64,000 nt of DNA, taken from the NCBI GenBank assembly GCA_963827275.1, contig CAWHAA010000007.1:32001-96000 (forward strand), written 5' to 3'. Source of the stretch: an uncultured Spirochaetota bacterium (lineage in GTDB: Bacteria > Spirochaetota > UBA4802 > UBA5550). This document shows, in pieces, positions 17,936 to 29,700 of this stretch. The position numbers and the translations under genes were made by a program. Below the pieces are notes generated by a model that ran no database searches, was not told the origin of the DNA, and worked only from the letters and a program-made list of their open reading frames with translations. Position 1 is the first letter of the stretch, and each line of letters starts with the position of its first letter.

Positions 17936-18984
17936 CCGGGAAAAAACTCACCAAGGGAAATATCGCCCTTGCCGAGGGGGCGATTCAGGCGGGGTGCCGT
18001 TTCTATTTCGGTTATCCCATAACACCCCAGAACGACATACCGGAATACCTTGCAAAATACCTCCCCAAGGTGGGCGGCACCTTTATTCCAGCCGAAAGCG
18101 AAATCGCCTCGATCAACATGGTGCTCGGCGCGGGCGCGTCGGGCGAGCGCGCCATGACCTCGTCTTCGGGCCCTGGCATCTCCCTCATGCAGGAGGGAAT
18201 CTCCTACCTGGCCGGATCGGAGATCCCCGGTCTCGTGGTGAACATCATGCGGTGCGGACCGGGGCTCGGCGGCATCGCGCCCACGCAGGGGGATTACATG
18301 CAGGCGGTGCACGGCGGCGGCCACGGGGACTACCGCAACATCGTGCTCGCACCGGCCTCGGTGCAGGAGATGTTCGACCTGACCATAAAAGCGTTTGAGC
18401 TTGCCGACAGGTACCGGATGGTCGCGGTCATCCTGGCCGACGCCATGGTGGGGCAGTTCCAGGAACCGTGCCGCCTCACCCCGGAAAAGCCTGTCGTCAT
18501 ACCTGAAAAACCGTGGGCGCTGAAGGGCCGGCTCGGCAAGAAGCCGCAGCTCCTCAAGTCCCTCTACCTCGGGCCCGGGGAGCAGGAAGCGCATAATCTC
18601 GACCTGCTGAAAAAATATACCGAGGTCCAGAAAAACGAGGTGATGTGCGAGGAAAAGTTTCTCGACGATGCCGAAATAATGATCGTCGCGTTCGGGACCC
18701 CGTCGCGCATCGCCAAGACCGCCATCCGCATGGCGCGCGAACAGGGAATAAAGGTGGGGCTCCTCCGGCCCATCACGCTTTTTCCGTTCCCGTCGGAACA
18801 GGTCCATGCGCATTCCGCGCGCATCAGGAAGGTGCTGGTGGTCGAGATGAACAACGGGCAGATGCTGTATGATGTGAAGATAGCCGCGCATAAAGACGCT
18901 GAAATATCATTCTACGGACGGCCCGGGGGCGGGATCCCGTTCCCGAATGAAGTGCTGGCTGAAATCAAGAAGGCGCTGGAGTAA
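17932..18984 (+). CDS. vorB: 2-oxoacid:ferredoxin oxidoreductase alpha subunit (VorB-type)
   Basis: KGN.ALAEGA, FGYPITPQ, AESEIAS, TSSSGPGISL, GGGHGDY, LLRPITLFPFP, VVEMN.GQ. Confidence 0.9.
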   Translation: MTGKKLTKGNIALAEGAIQAGCRFYFGYPITPQNDIPEYLAKYLPKVGGTFIPAESEIASINMVLGAGASGERAMTSSSGPGISLMQEGISYLAGSEIPGLVVNIMRCGPGLGGIAPTQGDYMQAVHGGGHGDYRNIVLAPASVQEMFDLTIKAFELADRYRMVAVILADAMVGQFQEPCRLTPEKPVVIPEKPWALKGRLGKKPQLLKSLYLGPGEQEAHNLDLLKKYTEVQKNEVMCEEKFLDDAEIMIVAFGTPSRIAKTAIRMAREQGIKVGLLRPITLFPFPSEQVHAHSARIRKVLVVEMNNGQMLYDVKIAAHKDAEISFYGRPGGGIPFPNEVLAEIKKALE

Positions 18985-18987
18985 CCG

Positions 18988-19740
18988 ATGAACAGGATTT
19001 TCGGCAGAAGCGAATGCCTTACCGACACCCCGACGCATTTTTGTCCCGGCTGCACGCATGGCATCGCGCACCGGCTCGTGGCGGAAGCGATCGAGGAGCT
19101 CGGGGTCGCCGACAGGACCATCGGGGTCCCGGGCGTCGGGTGCTGCGTGTTCCTCTACTATTATATCCCGATCGACACCCTGGAGGCCCCGCACGGCAGG
19201 GCGCCCGCGGTCGCCACGGGGATGAAGCGCGCCCAGCCGGACAAGATCATCTTTAATTACCAGGGCGACGGCGACATGGCCGCCATCGGCACCTCCGAGA
19301 TCATCCACGCGGCGAACCGGGGCGAGAACATCACGGTGATATACGTCAACAATTCAGTGTACGGTATGACCGGCGGCCAGATGGCCCCGACCACGCTCCT
19401 CGGACAGCAGACTACCACGTCGCCCTACGGCAGGAACCATGAGACCGAGGGCTATCCTATCAAGATGGCCGAGATGCTCGCGACCCTTGAAGGCGTCGCC
19501 TATTCCGCGCGGGTTTCGCTCCATCGCCCCAAGAACGTCATCCAGGCGAAGAAGGCCATTGTCAAGGCCTTCGAGATGCAGATTAACAAGATGGGGTTCA
19601 CTGTGGTGGAAATCCTTTCCACATGCAATACGAACTGGCGCGTGTCCCCCACCGAGGCCCTGGATGTCATTGAAAATGAGATGATACCCTATTTCCCCCT
19701 GGGGGTATTCAAGGAAAGGACGGGGAAGGACTTTTTGTAG
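18988..19740 (+). CDS. 2-oxoacid:ferredoxin oxidoreductase beta (TPP-binding) subunit
   Basis: FCPGCTHG, VGC, HGRA.A.ATG, YQGDGD..AIG, NN..YGMTGGQ.APTT. Confidence 0.92.
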   Translation: MNRIFGRSECLTDTPTHFCPGCTHGIAHRLVAEAIEELGVADRTIGVPGVGCCVFLYYYIPIDTLEAPHGRAPAVATGMKRAQPDKIIFNYQGDGDMAAIGTSEIIHAANRGENITVIYVNNSVYGMTGGQMAPTTLLGQQTTTSPYGRNHETEGYPIKMAEMLATLEGVAYSARVSLHRPKNVIQAKKAIVKAFEMQINKMGFTVVEILSTCNTNWRVSPTEALDVIENEMIPYFPLGVFKERTGKDFL

Positions 19741-19762
19741 GGTGCGGTCACGTGACCGCACC
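19741..19762. repeat. Perfect 22-bp palindrome between the beta and gamma subunit genes
   Basis: GGTGCGGTCAC|GTGACCGCACC. Confidence 0.9.
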
Positions 19763-19785
19763 TTCATGCATGTCACGAGGATGTT

Positions 19786-20337
19786 ATGTACTATGATATA
19801 ATCATGACCGGCTTTGGCGGGCAGGGGATCCAGACCATCAGTCTCATCGTGGCCCTTGCGGCGATGAGGAAAGACCTCGAAGTGACGTACCTTCCCTCGT
19901 ATGGCGTGGAGAAGCGGGGCGGCAGGACCAATGTGTACGTCACTATCGCAGACCAGGAGATCGGCTCTCCCATCTCCAACACGCCGTCCGCGCTCCTGGC
20001 CCTGGACCTTGTCGGGCTTGAATTTTTCCAGGGCATGCTGGGGAAGGGGAGCCTGCTCGTGGCCAATACGAGCCTGATCCCCGAAGAGAATATCAGGACC
20101 ATGGACGGCGTCAGGGTCCTTAACGTCAGGATTAACGACGAAGCAGTGTCAATGGGGAACCCCAAGCTTGCGAACATGATAACCCTGGGATGTTTCATAG
20201 AGGCCCTGCCATTCCTGAGCTATGATGACCTCAAGGCGGTAATAGGCGAGGTGATCCCCGAGCGCCTCAAGGAGACCATACCGGACAATTTAAAAGCCAT
20301 CCTGCGTGGGATAGAGATAGCGAAAAGCATGAAATGA
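19786..20337 (+). CDS. 2-oxoacid:ferredoxin oxidoreductase gamma subunit
   Basis: GFGGQG, PSYGVE.RGG, IGSP, ANMI.LG. Confidence 0.9.
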   Translation: MYYDIIMTGFGGQGIQTISLIVALAAMRKDLEVTYLPSYGVEKRGGRTNVYVTIADQEIGSPISNTPSALLALDLVGLEFFQGMLGKGSLLVANTSLIPEENIRTMDGVRVLNVRINDEAVSMGNPKLANMITLGCFIEALPFLSYDDLKAVIGEVIPERLKETIPDNLKAILRGIEIAKSMK

Positions 20338-20435
20338 CCGCCCTTCCTGTGCCATAGGGCATGGGACTGCTTGTAGTATTATTTTTACTCTGACCCCTGC
20401 ATTCTCGAAATTCTTGTTGCTCTGACCCCGAATAG

Positions 20436-21896
<1,461 letters not shown>

Positions 21897-21935
21897 TCGC
21901 GGGAAGAACGGCACCAACGAAGAAGGAGCAATACC

Positions 21936-22874
21936 ATGAGCAGGATATTCAACAATATAACAGAAACAATCGGCAATACGCCTCTGGTGAGAATAAACAG
22001 CGCCAACGGCGCGCAGGGAGCGGTCATCCTGGCAAAGCTTGAGTCGTTCAACCCGCTGTCGAGCGTAAAAGACAGGATCGGCGCCGCAATGATTGACGCG
22101 GCGGAAAAGGCCGGAAAGATAAAGGATGGCACGGTCATCATCGAGCCCACCAGCGGGAACACGGGCATCGCGCTTGCCTTCGTGTGCGCCGCCAGGGGGT
22201 ATCGGCTCATCCTCACCATGCCGGATACCATGAGCGTCGAGCGGCGGCAGCTGCTTCAGATACTCGGCGCCGAGCTGGTGCTGACCGAGGGCGCAAAGGG
22301 GATGAAGGGCGCCATCGCGAAAGCCGAAGAGCTGGTGAAGAGCACGCCGAACAGCTTCATGCCGCAGCAGTTCAACAACCCGGCCAACCCGGAGGTCCAC
22401 CGGAAGACCACGGCGGAGGAGATATGGCGCGACACGGACGGCGCGGTCGATATCTTCGTCGCCGGCGTGGGCACGGGCGGCACAATTTCCGGTGTGGGAG
22501 AGGTGCTCAAGAAGAAAAAGAGCCCGGTGAAAATTATTGCGGTTGAGCCGACCGATTCCCCGGTCCTTTCCGGGGGAAACCCCGGCCCGCACAAGATCCA
22601 GGGCCTCGGCGCGGGCTTTGTCCCGAACATATTCAACAGGGACATCGTCGATGAGATCATCCCCGTGACCCACGCGGACGCGGGGGATACGGCGCGCCGC
22701 CTCGCCAGGGAGGAGGGCATTCTGGTGGGAATTTCAAGCGGCGCGGCCCTCTGGGCTGCCGTCAAGGTCGCGAAGAGAAAAGAATCAGCGGGCAAAACGA
22801 TTGTCGTGCTGCTGCCGGACAGCGGGGAGCGGTATCTCTCGACGTGGCTTTTCGGGGATAACGGGACTAAATAA
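21936..22874 (+). CDS. cysK: Cysteine synthase A
   Basis: [59 protein letters not shown]. Confidence 0.96.
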   Translation: MSRIFNNITETIGNTPLVRINSANGAQGAVILAKLESFNPLSSVKDRIGAAMIDAAEKAGKIKDGTVIIEPTSGNTGIALAFVCAARGYRLILTMPDTMSVERRQLLQILGAELVLTEGAKGMKGAIAKAEELVKSTPNSFMPQQFNNPANPEVHRKTTAEEIWRDTDGAVDIFVAGVGTGGTISGVGEVLKKKKSPVKIIAVEPTDSPVLSGGNPGPHKIQGLGAGFVPNIFNRDIVDEIIPVTHADAGDTARRLAREEGILVGISSGAALWAAVKVAKRKESAGKTIVVLLPDSGERYLSTWLFGDNGTK

Positions 22875-22889
22875 CAAGGAGATGTACGC

Positions 22890-23339
22890 ATGAGACTTTC
22901 CACCCGGTCAAGGTATGGCGTCAGGCTGATGCTGGCGCTGGGCGCCAGTGAAAAAAGAGGACCGGTTTTTTTAAAAGAGATCGCCCGCTCCGAGAATATC
23001 TCGGAAAAATATTTAAGCCAGATTGTAATCCCGCTGAAGGCAAAGGGACTGGTAACGCCGTTCAGGGGCGCTCATGGCGGATATGTTTTAAGCAGGCCGG
23101 CCTCGCAGATAACACTGAGGGATATAATTGAACCCCTTGAGGGTGATTTGAGCCTCGTAGAGTGCGTGATGAATGCCGACATCTGCCTTCGTTCAACGGA
23201 GTGTGTCACCCGGGACATCTGGGCCCGGATGAGCTCGCTACTTTTGGACTTTCTTGATGCCTTTACGCTGGAGGACCTCATTGATAAATATAGAAAAATT
23301 AATGAAAAAAATAACAATACAGATGACTATTCGATTTAA
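22890..23339 (+). CDS. Rrf2 family regulator with three Cys and a C-terminal Ile (IscR/CymR-like)
   Basis: MRLSTRSRYG.R, IS.KYL.QI, RGAHGGY.L, VEC...C.....C.TR.IW; ends DDYSI. Confidence 0.92.
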   Translation: MRLSTRSRYGVRLMLALGASEKRGPVFLKEIARSENISEKYLSQIVIPLKAKGLVTPFRGAHGGYVLSRPASQITLRDIIEPLEGDLSLVECVMNADICLRSTECVTRDIWARMSSLLLDFLDAFTLEDLIDKYRKINEKNNNTDDYSI

Positions 23340-23380
23340 GCCATTTATATCCTGACAGGAAACATCTGTAGAAAAAGACA

Positions 23381-23515
23381 ATGAAGGATTTTTTTTTGAT
23401 AATGGCGGTAGGGATGAGCGGCGGTGTTGACTCGTCTGTTGCCGGCCCGGTCATGAAAGAGCAGGGGCATGACGTGGCCGGCATCACGATGCATATTTGG
23501 TCATGGAAAAGGTAA
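23381..23515 (+). pseudogene. mnmA: 5' remnant of tRNA 2-thiouridylase MnmA
   Basis: Translates [44 protein letters not shown], containing the SGGVDS PP-loop and G.DV.G.TM..W of MnmA; stops after 44 codons. Not in the ORF track. Confidence 0.8.
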
Positions 23516-23674
23516 GAAAATAAATATTTTTCCAATCTGAAACAATATGCGCATTATAATCCTTGCTCTGATATAAAAAATATATTATTATTTAACATGC
23601 CGGCGGATATATCGGAATGATGAATGGATGCTATTTTTACAGAATATCATTTGATCATTAATCGGAGGTCCAAC

Positions 23675-23998
23675 ATGCAAAAGCTATCGATGGTGACGGT
23701 ATGTATTTTAATGGCAGGTATGTTTATGTCGGGTATCATGTCCGAAAAAGCCACGGGCGCACAAAAAAAGGGAAAGGCCCAGACGATCTGCCCGGTAATG
23801 GGCGATCCCATCAATAAAAAGTTTTATGTTGATTACAAAGGATTCCGCATATACTTCTGTTGTTCGTCATGCCCGGATGAATTCAAAAAGAATCCTGAAA
23901 AATATATGAAAAAGCTGCGTGATGACGGTGTTACTCCTGAAAAAACACCCGATAAGAACGCGGTAAAATCAAAAGCGGACAGGCACGGGCCGCATTAA
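23675..23998 (+). CDS. Exported YHS/TRASH-domain metal-binding protein
   Basis: RBS GGAGG; signal-like N-terminus; QTICPVMG...Y.G.RIYFCCSSC...FKKNPEKY. Confidence 0.85.
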   Translation: MQKLSMVTVCILMAGMFMSGIMSEKATGAQKKGKAQTICPVMGDPINKKFYVDYKGFRIYFCCSSCPDEFKKNPEKYMKKLRDDGVTPEKTPDKNAVKSKADRHGPH

Positions 23999-24009
23999 GC
24001 GTTAACAAT

Positions 24010-25314
24010 ATGCGGAAACTTCTCGTCGTTACATCCTTGCTGATCCAGGCCGCGGTGTACGGCGACCCGGCGGCACTTGTTGAATTGCAGAGCACGGCGC
24101 TTACGGGAAACCCGCGCATCAGGGCCATGGAAGCTGAAGTGCAAATGATGAAGAAGCGGATTCCGCAGAGCACGGCGCTCGAAGATCCAAAGCTCAAGCT
24201 GGGATTAAACAACCTGTCAGTCAAATCGCCTTCCTTCACAAAAGAAGACATGACCTCAAAGGAAATCGGCATATCCCAGATGATTCCCCTGGGCAGGCTG
24301 CCGTATCAGAAGAAAATCGCCGTCCTGGAATATGAAAAAGCGATGTCCAAACTCAAGGCTGAGAGGGTCGAAACATTGCACATGCTTCGTGTGAATTACT
24401 ATGAGCTGATGTACGCGGGGTCATCGATCAGGGTCCTCGAGGATATAAAAAAGCAGATCAAACTGGTGATAGAAAGTGAAATGGCCGCAACGAAATCGGG
24501 AACGGGGAGCCTCGCCAATGTCATAAAGGCCAGGATCGAGTATACCATGATTGACGAGGAGATTATCAATCAAAAACAGAAGCAAAAGGAGATCGAGCAG
24601 AATATCAATTATTTTGCCGGGAGCAGAGTGGCCGTCACATTCAAGCCATTATCTGAGCCGGGCTTCAATGAGATTCCCGTAGAATCAGTCCTGAAAGAGA
24701 TCCTCGTGTCGAACCCGGAATTGAAGATTTTCTCCCTTGATGTTGAGATAAGTAAAAATGAAATCGCTTTGAAAAAATCGGAATACGCCCCGGACGTGGA
24801 ACTGGGGCTTTCGTATATGCAGCGTCAGGACGGAAGGAGGAAAAATTCCTTTGACACAATGCTTGGCATGGGTGGCGCAACGACAGTGTATAAATCAGAA
24901 AAAATGAAGCGCGATGATATGATTTCGGCAATGGCGACCATGTCGATTCCCTTCTGGTTCTGGAAAAAGAATATTCCCATGGTCGACGAGATGAATAGAA
25001 AGAACGAATCGGCAAAAAATTATTACCAGGACGCGCTGAATAAAATGAACGCGCGCGCGGAAACGCTCGCGAGCCAGATGGCCAGGTGGCGGGACCTGTA
25101 TAAACTATATCATGACAGGATTATTCCCCAGGCTGAACTGGGCCTTGAAACGAACCTGGCCCGGTATAGGACCAGCACGATCGAATTCATGCCGGTGGTG
25201 GATACGGTTCGGATGCTGCTGCGGTATAAAAGGGAGCTCGCGATGGCAGTAAAGGAATATTATGTGTCTTATTCGGAGCTGAACGCGCTGATGGGCGTGG
25301 AGGTGCTGCAATGA
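24010..25314 (+). CDS. TolC/CusC-family outer-membrane efflux protein
   Basis: NP.I.A, L.DP.L, ISQ.IP, NPEL, PDV.LG, long helical segments; Met-rich; first gene of an RND triad. Confidence 0.85.
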   Translation: MRKLLVVTSLLIQAAVYGDPAALVELQSTALTGNPRIRAMEAEVQMMKKRIPQSTALEDPKLKLGLNNLSVKSPSFTKEDMTSKEIGISQMIPLGRLPYQKKIAVLEYEKAMSKLKAERVETLHMLRVNYYELMYAGSSIRVLEDIKKQIKLVIESEMAATKSGTGSLANVIKARIEYTMIDEEIINQKQKQKEIEQNINYFAGSRVAVTFKPLSEPGFNEIPVESVLKEILVSNPELKIFSLDVEISKNEIALKKSEYAPDVELGLSYMQRQDGRRKNSFDTMLGMGGATTVYKSEKMKRDDMISAMATMSIPFWFWKKNIPMVDEMNRKNESAKNYYQDALNKMNARAETLASQMARWRDLYKLYHDRIIPQAELGLETNLARYRTSTIEFMPVVDTVRMLLRYKRELAMAVKEYYVSYSELNALMGVEVLQ

Positions 25315-26762
25315 AGCACAAATGGAAAGTTGTCATAGCTGTTATTGCGGTACTCGCGACCGGCGGATATTTACTGATAACGTATCTGCCGATACAACAT
25401 GACGCGCACCAGGAGGAGCAAAAACAGCTCTACACCTGCCCGATGCACCCGCAGATCGTGCAGGATAAGCCGGGTGAGTGCCCTATCTGCGGCATGAAGC
25501 TCGTTCCCATAAAAAAAGAGGAAAAGAGAAAGGAAAAAAAGACGATGTACCGCTCGTCCATGAACCCGAACGAGGTGAGCGATCATCCGGGGAAGGACTC
25601 CATGGGCATGGAAATGGTGCCCTTTGAAGCCGGGGACGGGGAAGAAGAGATCATAACGCCGAGTGGGCTCGCGCCGGTTACCATTGCCAAAGACAAGAGG
25701 GATATGATAGGCCTCTCCTTCGAGGAGATCAGGGTCAGGCCCATACAAAAGGAGATACGCACGTCGGTCCGTATCGTGCCGGATGAGACGAGACAGTTCA
25801 GGGTAATGACCAAGGTGGGCGGATGGGTTGAGAAATTATACGTGAACCAGACCGGTCAGTTCGTGAAAAAGGGAAGTCCGCTGTTGTCCGTATACAGCCC
25901 GGAGTTGCTTTCGGCGCAGCAGGAATATCTCTCCGCAGTGAAGGCAACGTTGAGATTTAAGGACGATATGGATACGGAGATGCCCGGGAGCATGGATGAG
26001 ATGGAAAAAGCCTCACGTGAGAGGCTTCGCCTGCTGGACATGTCCGATCATCAGATAGAGCGGATTCGAAACACCGGAATGATAGAGCGGGCGGTGACGC
26101 TGTATGCTCCTTCTTCAGGGTATGTGACCGAGAAGATGGTTCTTCAGGGCCAGAAAATCATGATGAATGATGCCCTTATGGTGATTGTGGACCTCTCCCG
26201 TGTATGGGGCGAGCTGGATGTTCATGAGACCGACCTCCCCTATGTGAAAATCGGCATGCCGGTCGAGGTGACGCTCTCGTATTGGGAGGGCAAATCATTC
26301 AGGGGAAGGATAAATTTTCTCAATCCCTTCATGGACCCGGAGACACGTGTCCTGAAGGCCCGGGTGGAGATACCAAACAGCGGTCTTGTCCTCAAGCCGA
26401 ACATGTACGGCGACGCACAGATGACGTACAATATCGGAAAAAAACTCGCCGTTTCTGAACAGGCCGTGATGCAGACCGGCGTACGCAATTATGTGTTTAT
26501 CGAGGGGAAGGACGACCTTGTCGTCCCCTATGAGGTAAAAATCGGGGCGCATTCCAGCGACGGTTACTATGTGGTGCTTTCCGGGTTGAAGGGGGGCGAA
26601 AGAGTGGTAACCTCCGCGAATTTTCTTGTCGATTCCGAATCATCATTAAAGGCTGCCTTCAAATCCGCCAGTACACGGGGAGATGCGGGAACGGAATCAA
26701 GACAAACATCAAAAAAAGACACAGACTACCGGCGATCACAAGCACCAGGTACCGTAGTATGA
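25311..26762 (+). CDS. cusB: CusB-type RND periplasmic adaptor with heavy-metal-binding domains
   Basis: YTCPMHPQI...PGECPICGMKL, a second YRSSMNP...DSMGMEMVP, GWVEKL, YSPEL..AQQEY, LKPNMY, SANFLVDSES. Confidence 0.92.
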   Translation: MKHKWKVVIAVIAVLATGGYLLITYLPIQHDAHQEEQKQLYTCPMHPQIVQDKPGECPICGMKLVPIKKEEKRKEKKTMYRSSMNPNEVSDHPGKDSMGMEMVPFEAGDGEEEIITPSGLAPVTIAKDKRDMIGLSFEEIRVRPIQKEIRTSVRIVPDETRQFRVMTKVGGWVEKLYVNQTGQFVKKGSPLLSVYSPELLSAQQEYLSAVKATLRFKDDMDTEMPGSMDEMEKASRERLRLLDMSDHQIERIRNTGMIERAVTLYAPSSGYVTEKMVLQGQKIMMNDALMVIVDLSRVWGELDVHETDLPYVKIGMPVEVTLSYWEGKSFRGRINFLNPFMDPETRVLKARVEIPNSGLVLKPNMYGDAQMTYNIGKKLAVSEQAVMQTGVRNYVFIEGKDDLVVPYEVKIGAHSSDGYYVVLSGLKGGERVVTSANFLVDSESSLKAAFKSASTRGDAGTESRQTSKKDTDYRRSQAPGTVV

Positions 26763-29700
26763 TACGAAAGATAATATCATTTTCAGCGCATAATAAAATG
26801 CTGGTGATATTGCTCGTGTCGGCGGCCATCGCCTATGCCGTCTATTCCATGTACCATATTCCCCTTGACGCTATTCCCGACCTTTCCGATACACAGGTCA
26901 TCGTATACACAAAATGGGACCGCAGCCCGGACATACTGGAGGACCAGGTCACCTATCCGATCATCTCCGCGCTCCTGGGGGCGCCCCGGGTAAAGGCCAT
27001 ACGCGGGTACAGCGATTTCGGATTTTCCTACGTGTACGTCATCTTCCAGGATGGAACAGACATATACTGGGCGCGGAGCCGGGTACTCGAATATCTTTCA
27101 AAAATACAGGGGGGCCTTCCTGCCGGCGTGAAGTCCGAACTGGGTCCCGATGCCACGGGGGTGGGATGGGTTTTCCAATACGCTCTTGTCGATACATCCG
27201 GCGCTCATGACCTGGCGAGCCTCCGCTCATTCCAGGACTGGAGCCTGAAGTATGCGCTCCAGAGTGTGCCGGGAGTGTCCGAGGTGGCCAGCATCGGCGG
27301 GTTCGAAAAACAGTACCAGGTCACCGTGGATCCCAATCGCCTCCACGCGTACAGGCTTTCGCTGATGAACGTGATTGACGCGATAAAGCGCAACAACAAC
27401 GAAGCGGGCGGGCGCTTGATAGAATGGTCCGGCAAAGAATTCATGGTGCGGGCAAAGGGATATGTAAAAAGCGTCGATGATCTCAAAAAAATAACGGTGA
27501 AAGAGAGCGGGGGGACCCCGGTCATGCTGGAGAACGTGGCCACGATAACGCTGGGCCCGCAGATGCGCCGCGGCCTTGCCGAGCTGAACGGCCAGGGTGA
27601 CGTTGTCGGCGGCATCGTCGTTATTCGTCATGGGGAAAACGCGCTCAATGTCATCGAGCGGGTCAAAGAACGAATCGAAGACCTCAAGCCCTCTCTTCCG
27701 GAAGGCGTGTCAATAAAAACAGTATATGACCGCTCTGATCTGATCCGGCGGTCTATCGACAACTTGAAAGAAGAACTTCTCGTCGAAATGGTGATCGTGA
27801 GCCTTGTCATCCTCCTGTTCCTGTGGCATTTCCCCTCCGCCATGGTGCCGATCATCACCATCCCCATATCCGTGGCGCTCGCCTTTATCCCCATGTATTT
27901 TTTTGGCATATCTTCAAACATCATGAGCCTGGCGGGCATCGCCATTTCGATCGGCGTGCTTGTGGACGGGGCCATTGTGGAGGTTGAAAACGCCTATAAA
28001 AAAATTGAATTGTGGATTGAGGGAGGCCGCAAGGGTGATTTTCACGAGGTGCGTCTGGAAGCCCTCATGGAGGTGGGGCCGTCGGTCTTTTTCTCGCTTC
28101 TGGTGATAGCGGTGGCGTTCCTTCCCGTTTTTACGCTGGTGGACCAGGAGGGCAGGCTCTTCACGCCGCTGGCATGGACGAAAACCCTGACGATAGCGCT
28201 CGCGTCGCTCCTGGCGGTCACCCTGGACCCTGCGGTCCGCATGCTCTTTACCAGGCTGGAGCCTTTTCATCTGAAGCCGAAATGGCTCGCCCTGGCGGCG
28301 ACAAATCTCTTTGTGGGTAAATATTATCCTGAAGAAAAGCATCCGGTAAGTAAATTGCTTTTCAAGCTGTATGATCCGCCGTGCCGATGGGTGCTGGAAC
28401 ACCCCAGGCGGGTCATCGCCGGCGCGGTGCTGACGGTGCTGCTATCCATTCCTGTTTATTTTAAGCTCGGGTCGGAGTTTATGCCGCCGCTGAATGAAGG
28501 CACCGTGCTCTATATGCCCACAACGCTCCCCGGGATCTCCGTGACCGAGGCGCGGAACCTCCTTCTCATGCAGGACAGGATACTGATGACGTTCCCTGAA
28601 GTGGAAACCGTGTTCGGCAAGGCGGGCAGGGCCGATACCTCCACCGACCCGGCGCCCTTTTCAATGATGGAGACGACAATACACCTGAAGCCGCAGAGCG
28701 AATGGCGTGAAAAGAAGCGCTGGTACTCTGCCTGGGCGCCGGCGCCGCTCAAATGGCTGCTGCGCCATGTCTGGCCTGATACAATCAGCTATGATGAGCT
28801 TATCGGCCTGATGGACGAGAAATTGCAGATACCCGGGAACAGCAACGCCTGGACCATGCCAATCAAGGGGCGTATCGATATGCTCACGACGGGCGTGCGC
28901 ACTCCGGTGGGTATCAAGATTTTCGGTTCGGACCTGAATGAAATACAGAGGGTCGGTAGCGAGATTGAGGCAGTGCTGAAAAAGGTAACGGGCACACGGA
29001 GCGTATTCGCGGAACGGGTCGGCGGCGGTTACTATGTGGACCTTACCCCGAAGCGGGAAGCACTGGCGCGGTACGGATTGAACATAGACGATTTCCAGGA
29101 GGTCGTCATGAGCGCCATCGGCGGGGATACCGTCTCCACCACGATCGAGGGGAGGGAGCGGTATTCGATCAACGTGCGATATCCCCGCGCCCTGCGTACC
29201 CGGGTGGACGAGCTTGAGAGAGTGTACATTACCACGATGAGCGGCATGCAGGTGCCCATGAAGGAGGTCGCTGATATTAAGCTGACGTATGGGCCTTCCA
29301 TGATACGCGACGAAAATGGACGGTTGGCCGGTTACGTGTATGTCGATATCGCTGACCGTGACATTGGCTCATACGTGGAAGAAGCAAAAGAGGTGGTTAA
29401 AAAGCATATAAAGATGCCTGCCGGGTATACGCTTGCCTGGAGCGGCCAGTATGAAAACATGCAGCGTGTTGCTGAACGGCTGAAAATAGTGCTGCCGATA
29501 ACTATCCTTCTGATATTCGTGCTGCTTTTCATGAACACGAAGTCTGCCTTCAAGGCTTCCGTGGTCATGCTTGCCGTGCCTTTTTCCGCTGTCGGGGCGC
29601 TATGGCTCATGTTTGCGCTCGGTTACCATACTTCAATAGCTGCCTGGGTCGGCATGATCGCCCTCATGGGCCTTGACGCCGAGACAGGCGTGTTCATGCT

